In this document: positions 11,031 through 25,118 of the stretch, one piece after another
How the letters are laid out: each line of letters begins with the position of its first letter
How positions within the stretch are numbered: position 1 is the stretch's first letter
DNA from: Paraphysomonas bandaiensis
Taxonomy: Eukaryota > Protista > Chrysophyceae
DNA: 64,000 bases
Assembly (NCBI GenBank): GCA_965644295.1
Contig: CBFFRP010000107.1
Location: 1 to 64,000, forward strand
Direction: 5' to 3'
Made by a program: the position numbers and the translations under genes
Notes under the pieces: generated by a model
What the model was told of the DNA's origin: nothing
Database searches by the model: none
Seen by the model: the letters and a program-made list of their open reading frames with translations, nothing else

Positions 11031-11643
11031 GAATGATAAGTGAGATTTCTATAATTTATAATTCAAGCATCGTGTACATACATCACGTTATGCAATTATT
11101 GAAGTCTTTATTGCCTAATAATGTCAATAAATATTGATACAGACTAACTCAAATATTTAATATATGATAAGATTAAGTGTACTTCCTGTGTAGAGCTTTC
11201 ATTCGCTTCAAGTGTGAAAAATGGGGCCATACACAAGAACAATGCTGATGTAGATCCATCAGTTGAAGCGCAGAGGGAAGACTCTAAACCGCAGAGAGTA
11301 CCGACATCAATAACTAATGATGGATGCTCTGTGTGCGGTATACCTGGACATTGTGCCAATCAATGCCGTGACACAAGTTAGAAAAACGAAGAATGCAGAG
11401 GATTCCGTCATATCAGAAACCAACATTTCTGGAAAGCCCCGATATGTTCGAGACACGTATGAAAAGGAATTCAGACTGGAATTGCTTCCTTTGATGAGGT
11501 GGAATACCCTAGTGAAATCAAAGCTATTGTTTAATGCAGCAGGCAATGAACAGCATACACCATAATATAATCGAAGCCTCAGTATAAGCAATAAACACTA
11601 TTCTAGAATAAATTTCTTTATTTTGCGGTGACGTAATAGAAAC

Positions 11644-12442
11644 CAGGGATAGGGAACAATATATTGTATTGCAATACATTGTACAATATATTGCAATATA
11701 TTGTAAAATATATTGATTGGTGGACTGGTCAAATATTCCATCAATAGTGTTTCTGCTAAAAGAGCTCACAATACTATTGCAATATATTGCAATCAATATT
11801 ATGATAGTCATATAAGAGAAGATTCTCAACTGTAGGGTGCAAAATGGATATAAATAACCGAGATATTGATTACAACATTACAAAGGATAATGAAGCTGAT
11901 GTTGACTATACGACTAAAAATCTTCAGTCAGCTCAAAAAATTAAGAAACGTACAGATCCACGAGTCATTAACGGTTGCCTGGCCTTGGTATGTACTTCCA
12001 ATACATGGGAACGTCTGTTCAGCACAGCTAAACATATTATATCAGTGTTGCGCAAAAGTATCCATCCTACTTAATATGCTGTTGTTTTAGAAAGCTCTTC
12101 GACAGTTATGGCCGGATACTAACATATTTCAATTAATTCTGTGGATGAATATGGTGATGTTGACCTCACCGATGATGGCTCAGAGGATGAGGACGAGGTG
12201 GATTTTTAGTAGCTATAAGCAGCAGTTGGTTTGGTTGTCATGTGATCTTAATGACTAATACTAAAAATGAAATCTACGGATGTGTTTACCTACTGATTAG
12301 TCAAACTAATATATCGCAATACATTGACAATATATTGCAATATATTGTAATTGTATTGTAGGACCGGTTTAAAAAATCCATCAATACTATTGATGGAACG
12401 CTATCTAACAATAGTATTGCAATATATTGTTCCCTATCCCTG
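11644..12442 (+). mobile_element. Non-autonomous hAT DNA transposon (799 bp)
   Basis: TIR CAGGGATAGGGAACAATATATTG at both ends. 8-bp TSD ATAGAAAC (11636-11643 and 12443-12450). Subterminal ATTGCAATAT repeats. hAT dimerisation remnant TSNTWERLFS. Confidence 0.92.
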
Positions 12443-12846
12443 ATAGAAACACACATAAACTTTCTTTTTTCTTTCATCGATGTTTTCTGTGTGCTTAGCA
12501 ATTACACTACACTTGGACTTCTATCAAAAAATTTTAACTGCACTTAGTAATATGATCTTAAATCAACACTACAATGACATAATATCTGTCGGATATATGG
12601 ATATATCATATATATATCATGTTACTTCCTACAAAGTAACTTGAATAAGACATTTTAACCAATGGCGGCTAAACATTTCGAATCTGCCAGGGATAAGAAG
12701 GATATAAAAGTTTTTTGTTTTACTTAATCTCGTAAAAAATAAACTATATGCTGCAACATTCTTAAGTGGAATGGAGCTACATTCGTGTTCTAAACAAGCG
12801 CGAATCATCAGTACTTCAGCTTGGATAACTTAAAATACAACTTGAA

Positions 12847-15800
12847 TCATTTCCATGTACTTGAGGTGGTACTATCCGAAGCAAACATAGCTGGATACTT
12901 AGATTCCATCTGCAAAAGAAGACCGTTTTGATCTCTTATACTGCTGTTGCCATCTGTTGAGAGACCTAAAATTGATAAAATACCTTGCACCAGCATTGAA
13001 ACTGAACTATTGTGCATGCTTTCAGATGGCCCAAAAAAATCATCGTCATTATTTTGACGTAAAAGCGCAGCCAGACCGGTCGGTTTGACGCTGTATGACA
13101 CTTTGTAGACATCTGCACCCTCCTTTGCTAGCTGTAGGAGAACATCATCGCTAGTCTTTAGCTCATCGCACAGCCCTTTTTGTAGTGCATCAAACCCAAG
13201 CCAGGTCTGCGTAACATGTAAGAACTTCAGGGATGAAATGGGAAACATTAATGAAGGTAGATATGTACATTGCTACAGGCCAACCCTAATTAAGCCAGCA
13301 TTATATAGTGCAAAGCATGCTTCGGTGCAGACTTTCGCACTGGTCATAGAAACACACATGTGGCCTGCGTATTGACAACTAGGATATTACAATTCACACA
13401 CCTCTCCTGTAGCAATTTCTTTGATGTTGAGATTCGGGCGGTGCCTCGTCACAAAACGTTTAAATATGGAATGAACTTGCTCCAACTCTTGCTACGAATT
13501 GACAATACATTACCCAAATAAGAGAAACAAGAACAATCAAGACTAGCTATGTAATACTAATGAATAAAATATAATGAGCTTACTAACGCGAACCGATATA
13601 AGACCATATAACATCTACTCCAGCAAATAGAATTGTGAGTATTACTGCACTTGTAGTACCTGCAGCTTTCTCCGATCGGATCCGTTGGATTTGCGGTAGG
13701 GTGTCAAGGTCCTTTTGTATTTCCCAGCTGTGACATCTTGAACCTATACATTCGGGCCTATGTATAAGAAATTTCGACTCATAGTACAATAATACAATGC
13801 GAATATATAAAGTAGAATACATCATTGCGCTACCTCAATTCCTTCACGTCTTAATCTTTCATAAAAATTTGGCATAACAGATATGACTCCAATCGAACCC
13901 AATGTGGCGAATGGAGAAGCAATGATTTTGTCAGCTACATACGCCATCATATAGCCTCCGCTCGCTGCAACTTCATCGACACAGACTGTCAGATGCAACC
14001 CTGCCGCCTGAAGTACGCACATATTAAAAATCAACATGAAACTCTCGCATTTGCTTATATGTGCTAATGTACATCTACATTTTCAACAGCCATTCATAAC
14101 GTCAGCGAATTTTCTCACTTTGATTCTCTCCAGTTGAGACGCTCCAAGACCATAACCGCCCACTGTTCCACCTCCACTGTCAAGTACCACAACTACTTCA
14201 TCTCCCCTCTCTCTGTCTGCAGTTTCTAGTACACCAGTAATCTCACGGCGGAGTTTAGATACCTATTATTAATACAACGTTATAATATATCGAACTAAGA
14301 AAAAAGATATTCAGTGATACACTGTAGCCATAACAAACCTGCGATGCAGAAATATCTCCCTTGAAGTGCAGTACATACACTGCTCTATTGTTCGCCGAAG
14401 GAATCGCCACAGGACTTGAGCTTAGCAGATTCACCCACGGCATTAGGGAGTCTCTTGAAGTAATAAGATCATCTCGCTACATATCAATATCAGCATTAAA
14501 ATAGATCTAAATGTAAAATAAGATCAGGCCCTTTATGCCTTCCATAGAATCAATACGGATATGATTTTCAAGACATTACAATCAGAAGGACATACTTCTA
14601 CAACTATTCGTACGGAGAACTATTGGAATATACTACAGTAAATAGTATCAAAACTATCGCGCAGTACCCCATAAACATATGAAATATAAGAAAGTCATCG
14701 CTCTTCATACATACCCATGCATTGTATTGCTTGTATGATAGAGACCCAGCTATTTTACGCATGTACTCCATGTCCAGTTGAACCTTTAAGTGAATCAACC
14801 TGTTCATTGTACAGATTTACAACAATCAATATATATTGATATTGTTCTATAAACCTAAAAACCACCAAGAACTAAAAGTACACTATGTACCTTTCCAGTT
14901 TTTTATCCTCAATATTTTGTTTGCGTGACCTCCTATATATATCAGCATCGTAAACAACGTACAATATGCTAATAGAAAAATGCATAGGGTACAGTGAGTA
15001 GTATGAACCCGTTCTCAAACAGTAAAACAGTAGCTACAAAAATATATTTCTCAACAAATTATATCCACTTACAAATTCAACCGTGATGTGTCCGGTTCAT
15101 CATCAAGTGACTTCGCTCTTGCAACCCCCAATGCGTCGGCACTTTTAATGTGTCCAACTAAATCTTCCACAATGGATGCGTTTTTGATCATATATTCCTC
15201 TTCTGCTTTCTCTAAGGTTGCTTTCTGCTCCTCAGTCAACGAGAGTCGGGACAGTGACTTCTGTAGAGCTGTGGAAGATGCTTTCAGATTAGCGTTAGCA
15301 GCGTTCTCTCCAACTGTGGCTTTTTGGATGCTGTAACGATACATTCCCAGTGTATCGTTCATACTTGTTATCGATAATTTCTCCTTGTCAACAAGACGAA
15401 TTGGTTTAAGAGTAGAAAAGCTGATTTCATCTGTAACTTCAGGGTAGTACTTGTACAACGCATATCCCCCACCCACAAGGGTGAGTAGCAACAGGAGGAC
15501 CCGACGGCGATGGAAAAACTTTTTCGTACGGTGAACCCAGCCATTCACCTTGTGATACTCGTTAGCTAGAAACGGGAAAGGAGGAGCAGCATGGGGATGG
15601 GGATAATGATATGGTCCTGTAGTATAATCGCTGTTAATAAGAGGCGTGCATCAGTCATATGCATACCTGTATGCGCATGAGGCGCATGAGGCGGGCCGAG
15701 ATGAATATAACGACCAGATTGATTACAGAATGGTGTATGGGGATAAGGATGAGGGTGGGGGGGTTGTCCTTCAGCATATTTATGGGCTCTATGAGCTCTA

Positions 15801-15922
15801 TCTGATGGAGTCCTCTTGAAGGAGGGTCCTTTACATGATCTCTTAGATCGTAACAGTCTCTTACTCACATGTCCATAGAAAACACGTGAATTATGATATC
15901 GAGATAAAGTGAAATGAAACAT
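12847..15922 (-). CDS. Peptidase S49 (SohB/SppA-like), multi-exon, likely organelle-targeted
   Basis: VYVLHFKGDI.ASQ, LDSGGGTVGGYGL, VCVDEVAASGGYMMA, SPFATLGSIGV, WLGFDALQKGLCDELKTSDD. Exon boundaries approximate. Confidence 0.8.
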
Positions 15923-16067
15923 TAATGATTTATGTATCCAGAGATGACTATACTTTATATGCAGGCACTAGCTGTTAGTTCAGGCATTAGACACACGTAT
16001 CAATCATATGATCGTATCACAGCACTGCTGTGTGTAAATATATGCATAGAGAATGTTAACGGTACGC

Positions 16068-16243
16068 ATGTAGCCCGTCCGCAAGGTAATATTACATCCC
16101 ATCGAATGCAGTTGTAGAAATAAAAGATCAACATGTAGCCCGTTTTATTCTATATCTGCAACAATGGATATATCTGATAGTAATGTAGCCCGTCCACGTG
16201 GCATCACATCACTCTGTATCCCACAAACAAACATGTAGCCCGT
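16068..16243 (+). promoter_or_regulatory. Four copies of ATGTAGCCCGT in a divergent promoter
   Basis: Exact copies at 16068, 16133, 16183 and 16233 between the S49 gene and SRPRB. The same core recurs at 47343 and 47416. Confidence 0.55.
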
Positions 16244-16472
16244 CTAATTGATACTGCAGTCGTGACAGTGACCATCAACTGCTATAGCAGATGACCATAA
16301 CTAACTCATAGCTACACTCACCACCATCTAGTCTCAATTATCTTACAGGATATCATTGAAGACTAATCTTGGTGTGAATTCAGTGTAGTCCACCTTTAAG
16401 TTTTATTACATTAACATTTTCAGTTTCTAATTCTACTGGTTTCGTGTTGACCTCACAAGTTATCGACTATAC

Positions 16473-17168
16473 ATGGATTTATTTAATATGAACGACTCAA
16501 CTAATATTATGATAGTCACTGCTGTTATTGGCCTCATTATTTTACTAGTTTTACAATTTGTGTTTTCTCGAGTGAAAGGGTCAAATTCCACGAAAAGAGA
16601 TATAATATTATTCGTAGGTCCAAGAGGAGGGGGAAAGACAGCAATGACACGACAACTCAGTTTTGATGTATTTCCACAAACCGTTACGTCGTGTCAACCG
16701 TCTGAGATTGAGTGTGAGAAGTATAAGACAACGTTTGTAGACTTTCCTGGCCATCCGAAGCTGCGATCTGGTTTGGTGGATTTCATACCCCGCGCATTGA
16801 AGGTGGTGTTTGTAATTGACGCTTCAAGTGTCCAGAGTCAATCAAGGGATGCCGCTGAAATTCTGTACGATTTATTCACTAATATGGAAATCGATTCCTG
16901 CTCGAAGTTAATTGTTGCGTGCAATAAATCTGATGTCCCTGGTGCCCGCCCCAATGCACGAGTAAAGCTTGCATTGCAGCAAGAACTGGAGAAGATCAAG
17001 AAAACAAGAATATCGTTAGATGATGGCGATGACGCTAATATTATCCGATTAGGTAGAGAGGACAAACAGTTTAGCTTTGATCACGACTCTCCTATTGAAG
17101 TTAATTTCGTGGACTGTTCAGTTAAATCTGGCGACCTTAATTCTGTAGTTGAGTTATTAGAGTTGTAA
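16473..17168 (+). CDS. SRPRB: Signal recognition particle receptor beta subunit
   Basis: N-terminal TM, GPRGGGKT P-loop, DFPGHPKLR, ACNKSD, LQQELEKIKKTR. Confidence 0.9.
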   Translation: MDLFNMNDSTNIMIVTAVIGLIILLVLQFVFSRVKGSNSTKRDIILFVGPRGGGKTAMTRQLSFDVFPQTVTSCQPSEIECEKYKTTFVDFPGHPKLRSGLVDFIPRALKVVFVIDASSVQSQSRDAAEILYDLFTNMEIDSCSKLIVACNKSDVPGARPNARVKLALQQELEKIKKTRISLDDGDDANIIRLGREDKQFSFDHDSPIEVNFVDCSVKSGDLNSVVELLEL

Positions 17169-17964
17169 GTAAACCTATCACGGTCTTGAAAGCGGTGTAA
17201 CCTGATGTTAATTGCCTGATTGCTTAGTAATTAGACAGGGCAATTATACTGTAATTAATACCATCCTGTTCTTACAATTCTTGCGCATTATTTATGATAC
17301 ATTAAATAGAGGATTTGATTCCTGTTTATTATAATAAGGAGTTGCCTGTATACCGATGTGTACCATTACAAGGTAAGAATCGTGCTATCTCATCATAACA
17401 TAGCCTGCTTTTTTCGGGTTAATCGATTCCTCTTATCCAAATATAGCATTCTATACACTATACATCTACAAATGTGAGGCCTTGCTTAAATAGAGGATTT
17501 GATTCCTGTAAATTATAATAAAGAGTGTATTCAGTTTAATTACTATAAACCTTTCTTAACGATCATAACTATTAAAATGACCAATAGTCCATGTAGACAG
17601 CGTGTAATAACTTAGAGTTTTAACGTTTTAACTACATGTACTATTACGCTATTAAGTAATAACGTTGGACTGAGTTATCAGTGATAAATGCAGTTCTTGC
17701 AAAATGTAAAAATATGATTTTTATATGATTGAACCAGGTATCGATTATCGATTTTTTTCAGATAACGAAGTTGACAAGATGTTACCTTCTTATCGCCACT
17801 CTACGACAAGACGAACACCAAATGGATTTAACAAAACAATCTGACTTCAGAAGCTTAATTTTAATTACTACAAAGCTGCATTCTAATCTATTACTGTTTA
17901 CCATCACCACAGTGGTTAACGCATGAATGAGGATATAACTGCAATCCAACAATACCAAGTTACA

Positions 17965-18353
17965 TTAGTTCGGGTTTCGAAGTACCAAGATAACAGAGTC
18001 TCCTCTTAGAAACATTTTACTGATATATCTATCCTTGTTCACCGGTCTGGCTTTTTTGGCACCCTTGCCAGTTTTAGGAATTTCAGTCCACATTTCCTTG
18101 ACATTTTCCAGGACCATATTGCAATGTCTGTCGAATGCCTTCACTCTTGCGAGAAGCTTGTGATTATTTCTGCAATTAATGAGCACCTACAATTAAATTA
18201 ATCACATAAAAAACGTTATACTAGCATCAAATTTCCGGCAACCTGAGTGTTTTGCTTCACGCTGTGCATTAGAATAGAGAGGGGGCCTGTTTCGAACTCT
18301 TTCTCCTCATCCTTATCCACTTTTACCGAATAAAAAGATTCCTTAGCTGCCAT
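17965..18353 (-). CDS. SNRPD2: snRNP core protein Sm D2 (exons 18353-18243, 18186-17965)
   Basis: [10 protein letters not shown]...NTQ|[35 protein letters not shown]...[17 protein letters not shown]. Confidence 0.96.
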
Positions 18354-18704
18354 TAGTGTAAAATTATCGTAATAGAGATAAACAAAATTTACTGATATAT
18401 AGTTATGGTGTTACTATGCAGCATACACGATATGGCGCATCGCTATTGCATCCATCAAGCGATATATTCCATACTGTATTCTCGTATGCATGTATTGGTA
18501 TCGTATTGCTACCTTTGCAAACCATTGCCACTGAGAGTGATGGAATACACTCTGTAGATCTACTTATACAGTGTATACACTACACTTCCATACATACAAT
18601 ATACAGTAGCGTATATCATAAATACAGTAGGAATACAGATCATCTTGTCTTGTATTTGTATGTGTATAGAGTACTGTATTCTCCTATCTACAGCGGTATA
18701 ATAT

Positions 18705-20937
18705 ATGGATGTTCACCAAAGAATGGCCGCAAGTTGGTCCACTTCATCACATAATGACACATACATGCAACACATGGCCTCCATAAGCAATGAAGAGCCA
18801 GGCTATCGTCTGGAATGGCGGAGAGTTGTGTCTCGGTCTATGCAGGTACCTCCAATGAAGAGCAACTCAGCTGGAGCGAGTATAGAGGGTGATTTATGGA
18901 TATTCGGAGGCAAGGGAGCTACGCAGTTTAATGAGATATGGAGATACTCTACCTCATCGTCACAATGGGAGCCTGTTAGTATAAAAGGGAATGATGCCCC
19001 TCTCCCTCGTGATGGTCACTCTCTTACTAAGATATCACCGTCTAAGTTCATCGTGTATGGGGGACAGGGCAATATGTTGGACACTGGTGTGCGAGAGAGA
19101 GGAACTGCAAATGGAAAAGTAAAGTACCTATCCATGCGTAGCCTATATGATGATATGTATGAGTTTGACTGTGAAACTCTTTCATGGACGTTTCTACCTC
19201 GTCGTAAAGTTCGTCCACTAGCCCGTCGAGGTCATAGCTTGAAGTATATAAAGCCTGGTATTCCTCTAAAAGGCACCAACAACGCAACCTATGATGAAAA
19301 CCAGTCAAAGCTTGGCTATTTACTTCTCTTTGGTGGGTCATGTTTGGACACCCAGACAGGATTTGATCGAGCTACGAACGATTTGTGGTTGTACTGCTTG
19401 GCCACTCGAACATGGACTGAAGTAATTTGTGATGGAATTCTACCTCACCCTGTGTACGGCCATTGTGCTGAAGTTGTGGATAGCTGGCTCGTTGTTATTG
19501 GGGGCAATATTGTACCTCAAAAGCAGACATGTTCGGTGATGCCTATAACAAGTAAGTAATCGTATTCCTTTGTCATGCTTGGGTTTAGTATACTCATTTT
19601 ATTGATCAGTGACACAGTTGTCATTTGGTATGCGTATATATACATACAAAAACACAACGTTGTTTTTTTAGAGTGCTAATATGTTTGCAGCTAGTAATAT
19701 TGACAACGAAAGTAGTGGATTCGATTGCAGTTCCTCTAACATTTCACCGTTCGACTTGGGACAAAACAAGATTTCTGTGCTAAATCTTGCTACCATGTGC
19801 TGGACTCATGTCACTGTAGACAACACATCCGACTTTAACTCAGGACATAGTATATCAGGACTCAAAATAGTAGGACACTCAATGCTACTGAGCCCTTTCA
19901 ACAACAACGAAGTGTTAATATTCGGAGGCCGTTGTGTTGATGAAGTAGGAATGTGTACGTACACTAAAAATGATTTCGTACCGGCCACTCTATTGAAGTT
20001 GAATCTCGATACTATGAAACTTGCTAAAGTAGAAATTGCGAACTCTTGTTTGGATGAAGCAAACATACCAGAAGCGCGGATAAACCAAGTGTGCATACCT
20101 GCGATCGATAGTCCCCTCCAACTTCTCGCACAAGAAGAAAAATCTGTCCTCCGCAAGGGGACAATTACTCGTCGCAACCCTAATTTTACCTCAAGACGTG
20201 CACGAATGTCCACACGTGTTGTGTTACACGTGTATGGTGGGACAAAGCTGTATAGTCCTGGGTTTTGCAGCGGCAGTGTGTACGAATTAGTTTTTGTCCC
20301 CTATAACAATAAAGAAGCCTCAAAAGCAGAAGTAGGAGGTGATGAAAAGAAAGAAAGAAATCGTGTGGGTTCTCATTACTTATGTGGATCTCCAAGCAAA
20401 GACCTTCGACGAAGCCGAAAGAAATCGACTCTTGAGATCGAATTGGAATCGAAGAACGATAGGTCTAATGGAGAGGTTTATCACATGTTGAAATTAAAGG
20501 AAGATAGCTCGGTGACACTGTTATCTCCCAAACGAGGATTGCATGGCCAATACTTCCAACTCAAAGCATGCCTTTCACGCTCTCGTAGTACTTTCACCCG
20601 TCCAGATACTGCCCGCAATCCAATATTATCAGACCTTAACATGTCACTCCCATCTCTACAGCGTCGCCCAGTGTCTGCGCCGTCTACATCAGGCGTGGTG
20701 TCTGAAGGTAGCACCATAAACTCTGTTCAGGGAGGTGCGGAGTTGGATACGACTGAATCCGTTTCAGAGAGTCTGATGTCTAAAGAGCAACTCATGGAAA
20801 GGCAGAGACAGCAGAAAATTAAGCAAATGAGTAGCGTCTTATATCCGGTCACTAAGGGTATGCCTATACACGACGCGAGGTGTGTATTCAATGAATTATT
20901 CCCTCCTCCAAATTCACCGCGACCTTTTGTTCCTTAA
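18705..20937 (+). CDS. Kelch-repeat protein with low-complexity C-terminus (intron ~19553-19672)
   Basis: Repeated WIFGG, IVYGG, LLFGG, VVIGG motifs with PRDGHS, RRGHS and VYGH. Confidence 0.8.
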
Positions 20938-21737
20938 ATGGCTGAACAAATTGCGTCAAATGTTATATAGATATATGTACATATATAGACCACTAAATAT
21001 ACATCTGTACGAGTGCTATTATTTTCATTGTAGGTAAAAGTACATTTGTTTTTTAAATATTTTTGAGTACTGTGTAATTCAATAAGTATATCTTACTTCT
21101 TACTCATCCCAATGCACAAGACGGAAAAAATATTTTGGTCAGAATTCATCATGATTAGGACAAGGATATATAATGGAATGTGTTCACAATAATTTCCGTG
21201 GGTGGTTGCGCTTACAATGCCAGAACTGAAAGTAGCTGATCTCAACCACACTTTCTTATTATATACTATATTATTACATAAAGTCAAGTATTGAAACATG
21301 ATAGTTCATAGAATGGTATTCTAGTTTTATGCGCATCTTATTATATTATACTTGTAGTACATTGGTACAGATTTTTAAAGCCTACTGCTAAATAATAAGT
21401 ACAATATATATTTGTAGTAGCACAGTACTGACTGAATACTTTAAGAGTTGAATACGTAAAATTATGATATGGTTTTGAGTTTGATGTTTGAGGCAGTACG
21501 CAGAACGTAATGAATAAGGGCCCACTAATCACTAATCAACAACACAACTGTTGAAGCATGACGATTGCAATTGTTGAATACAAGCAAGAATCTTTTAAAC
21601 AACACTAGGTCACTATATTGTTCCGTTTCCTGTTTCCTGGGCTCAATTAGTGGGTGAAAATTTCAAAAAAAACGTAATTCTGTATATGGGTTCATTATTA
21701 TAACTATCGTAGCTGATAACACAACTTGATTTACAAA

Positions 21738-22202
21738 TTATGAAGATGTAGCTGCCTTTTCTGCTTCTTTCTTTGCTTTGTATGCCGCCCATTCGTCCTC
21801 GCGCATTGCGCATACATCCATATTGATCTTGCAAATTCTGTGAGGAAGCTTCGGCTCTCCACACTTATTGCAAAGTTGCCATACTTTTGGTTTTGGAATA
21901 TATCTGAGGTGTTTTCTACTCTTTCTCGCATGTGTGACCTAAAAGAAAAACATGTCACGCTAATACATACACTACCAACAGACTGGGAATATATATACCT
22001 TTGATTTAGGTGCAGCCATTAGCCATATCCCATTGAGCAATTCAGAAAACGAATTCTCTGTTTTATTCTCCATATCAGTCAAGCGATCTGTGTGTTCCAT
22101 ACCGGCAAGACATGGCACTGGTTTGGGGAAATGAAGAGATTGATTGATGAAATTATCAAAGCGACGCAGAGCGTTACTGGCATATGTTCGGAGTGCAATC
22201 AT
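21738..22202 (-). CDS. MRPL32: Mitochondrial ribosomal protein bL32m (2 exons)
   Basis: Presequence, IWLMAAPKSK|VTHARKSRKH...CNKCGEPKLPHRIC after splicing ~21999-21939. Confidence 0.85.
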
Positions 22203-22689
22203 ATTCTTCCACGATAACCAATTAATTTATTTGTTTAAATAGAAACAGTAAGTCTGAAATATGTGCGTGTGTTTGTTTTGTATGTTGATCCACTCATGAG
22301 GCTGTGTGTATATGTAATTAACAAGTAGTTGCTGGTGTCACCATGGACGAGTATACCACATACACCATATACACTGCAATGCGGAATACAGCATATACAG
22401 CAGTATATATACTCTCTCGTTGGAGTCTCTCAAGCCACAATCTACACCATGTATTCTACAGTATACACTCTCGTATACTTCCATATATAAACACACTGCT
22501 ATACAGAGTGCAGTACCCCCCACAGCCACTACACACATACCATATTGTAGCTACGTATATCATACATGCCTACTAGAAACAAGAGTATGGACATGCATGC
22601 ATATATATATATATATGTATACATCCCCCATACACACATTGACTATAACTACTTCTTAATTACGAAACCACATCACTTAGAAACTATAT

Positions 22690-23135
22690 ATGGCTACTTC
22701 AGGCCCTGAGTTAGCTCCCAATAGAGTCCTAGAAGACCATAAGCTGTACGCTGAGATCATATCTCTTAAGGTCAAGAATGCATTGCTCATGAGAAAACGC
22801 CGGTATGAATTAATACGATTGATTATAATAAATCATTTGATATGTTATATAAAAGACTGTTACTTGAAGAATTATACTATCAGCACCTGGAAGGAGAGAA
22901 TGAGCCCAAGAAAAAACGAAAACAGCGTGATAGTGATACCAAAAAAAGAAAAAACCCTACAAAGAAAGCAAAGTCACCCAAAGAAGAAAGTGAACAGCAG
23001 GAAGCTAAAAGTTCTAAAGAGGAAAATACAGTAGAAGTTGAATCTGTAGCTCCATCGGATGCAGGAAATGGTGAAGTCGTTGAGGGCGATGAAACGGCGC
23101 AGGTTGAAGCTGACAATGTGGCACAGACGTCGTGA
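22690..23135 (+). CDS. Small coiled-coil protein with basic NLS-like and acidic tail (2 exons)
   Basis: Intron 22803-22855 joins ...LLMRKRR|LLLEELYYQ in frame. PKKKRK motif. Confidence 0.6.
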
Positions 23136-25118
23136 TCATTGGTCGTGGCCACTACTTGTATAGTTTACATTGTTGTAAGATTGGTTGTTGTTTGTAATAT
23201 TGTAAGTGAAGTCGATATTATACTACATGCGAGATTCTGTTTTGCAGCTTTTATATTCCACCGGAGTTCTTGCGTTAGATATAGCTTCGCATTGAAACTA
23301 CGCAGTGATAGCTCAGTAGTTTGATACTTTATAAAACCATTCTGTAGTGTACTAACTATTCTTCGAAATCTCTACCACTTATGTACCTGCCCATTAAGTA
23401 TTAGTTAGGTACCCACCCGGATCTACCAAAGTACGCACTCAGAATGGAGCAGTACCACGTAGTCACAGGGCTTGGACAACTCGGGATTTAGTCAACAATA
23501 CTATTACAAATTTACAGGATATGCGATTAAAAACTATAAATATTGAGGCGACTTAGAAGAGTTGCAATATTATTGATGAAATTCAGACACACAATATTTT
23601 CTATTATTTAACACTTAACCTTATTTAGCTAGTGCTTAAGTTATACCATTCAATGTAAATACAACATGATAACCAAATTCTCTCCTCCATCGCTCATGTT
23701 TGCTTTCAAATTAATTATAGATGTAGTTGATTTCTGCATATAATACTCTTAACATTTTAGTATACACATAGGTTGTACTTAAATTTCATGTCAATTATAT
23801 AGTTCAGAGCATTTAATATGGTCTTGTTTCGTTAATCTAGTAGACGTTTGTGAGGTCGAAGATCGTGGTGATGGTAATCTTATATGAACTACAACATCAA
23901 AAATGTTATGATGTCGAACTTTACACGTTATTTAGAATGCGCTTATAGCTTATTAATTGTCTCATTCGCTATAATACGATAGTTGTTCTTCAGCTGTGTT
24001 GCACACGTTAGATTGTTATTCGTCTTATTATCTATTTAAATTGATGAGTCACTAATTATATATCAAAAACTCTCTGTGTCGATAGTTATACATTATATAG
24101 TAACATATATTACTGTGTACTGACTGACATAGCGGCTATATAAAGAATGCTGAGACTAAAATTCCACTACAGTAATCTACTTTTTGTTGTGATGGGTGTC
24201 GGACGATAATGCATGTCTTATTTTTATTAGCACAAGACTATTTGTAAGAAAAAATATAATATATACTGTACTACAAAATGTATTTTTCGACGAAATGTGC
24301 TTGTGCACCCCTTCAAACACCAAAGTACAAGCATAAATTTATTAGGGAGTGCCTCTTAGGGTAGTTCTTACGCTGAGTTCAGGCATTAATCACGGTTGGT
24401 GTTTATTTCTGAGACTACTTTTGTGCCGCTTTACGATTAAGCTCACGACAAAATTAATCAGCCCAAGTCAGAATCATCGTCCGATGTGAATGAGAAGAGG
24501 ATTAAAAACAATCAGTACCGGTTATTAGAGTAAAATTCAGTAACAATTAATTGAATTTAAATTGCCAATGTTTTTGAGTATAGCTCGCGCAATTTAAACT
24601 GCAATTTAATTACAATCTTCCAGCGAGCAATTAAATTTAAACTATTACGTATGTATTTACAATACCATTAATTGTTACACTGCCGTGATATTATATACCA
24701 GTAAATTCCTTAATGGGTACAGGGTACACAGTTCCCGGCAATTCCGATGGCTTTACCATTAATGGTTACGAGGCCCAGATCTATCGTAGCTAGTTATTAC
24801 ATACCCATTGGTCCTAATTTAAGAATTAATAGCGTATTTGCCATAGCCTTAATTGTGTGTTCTTGTTTTTACTCAATAACTGTTTGGTGTTGTTTATCGC
24901 AAATTTTGATATTCAAAGAATATATATATATTTAATTAATCAGTAGGGCAACATAATCTTTCTAACATATTTAGAGATATCAAGGAGTGATCTTAATCGT
25001 ATTGATCAAAACACTCGCGTCGGAATAACTATTATAACAAGCTACGCAAGATTTCACAATCTAGCCACAGTGCAAATTCCAATGCAAATAACCAATATTT
25101 TCACATTTTACAGGGTAG

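Noticed and set aside
17303-17525. ~35-bp direct repeat TAAATAGAGGATTTGATTCCTGT
   Set aside because: Short local duplication with no TIR, TSD or other supporting structure.
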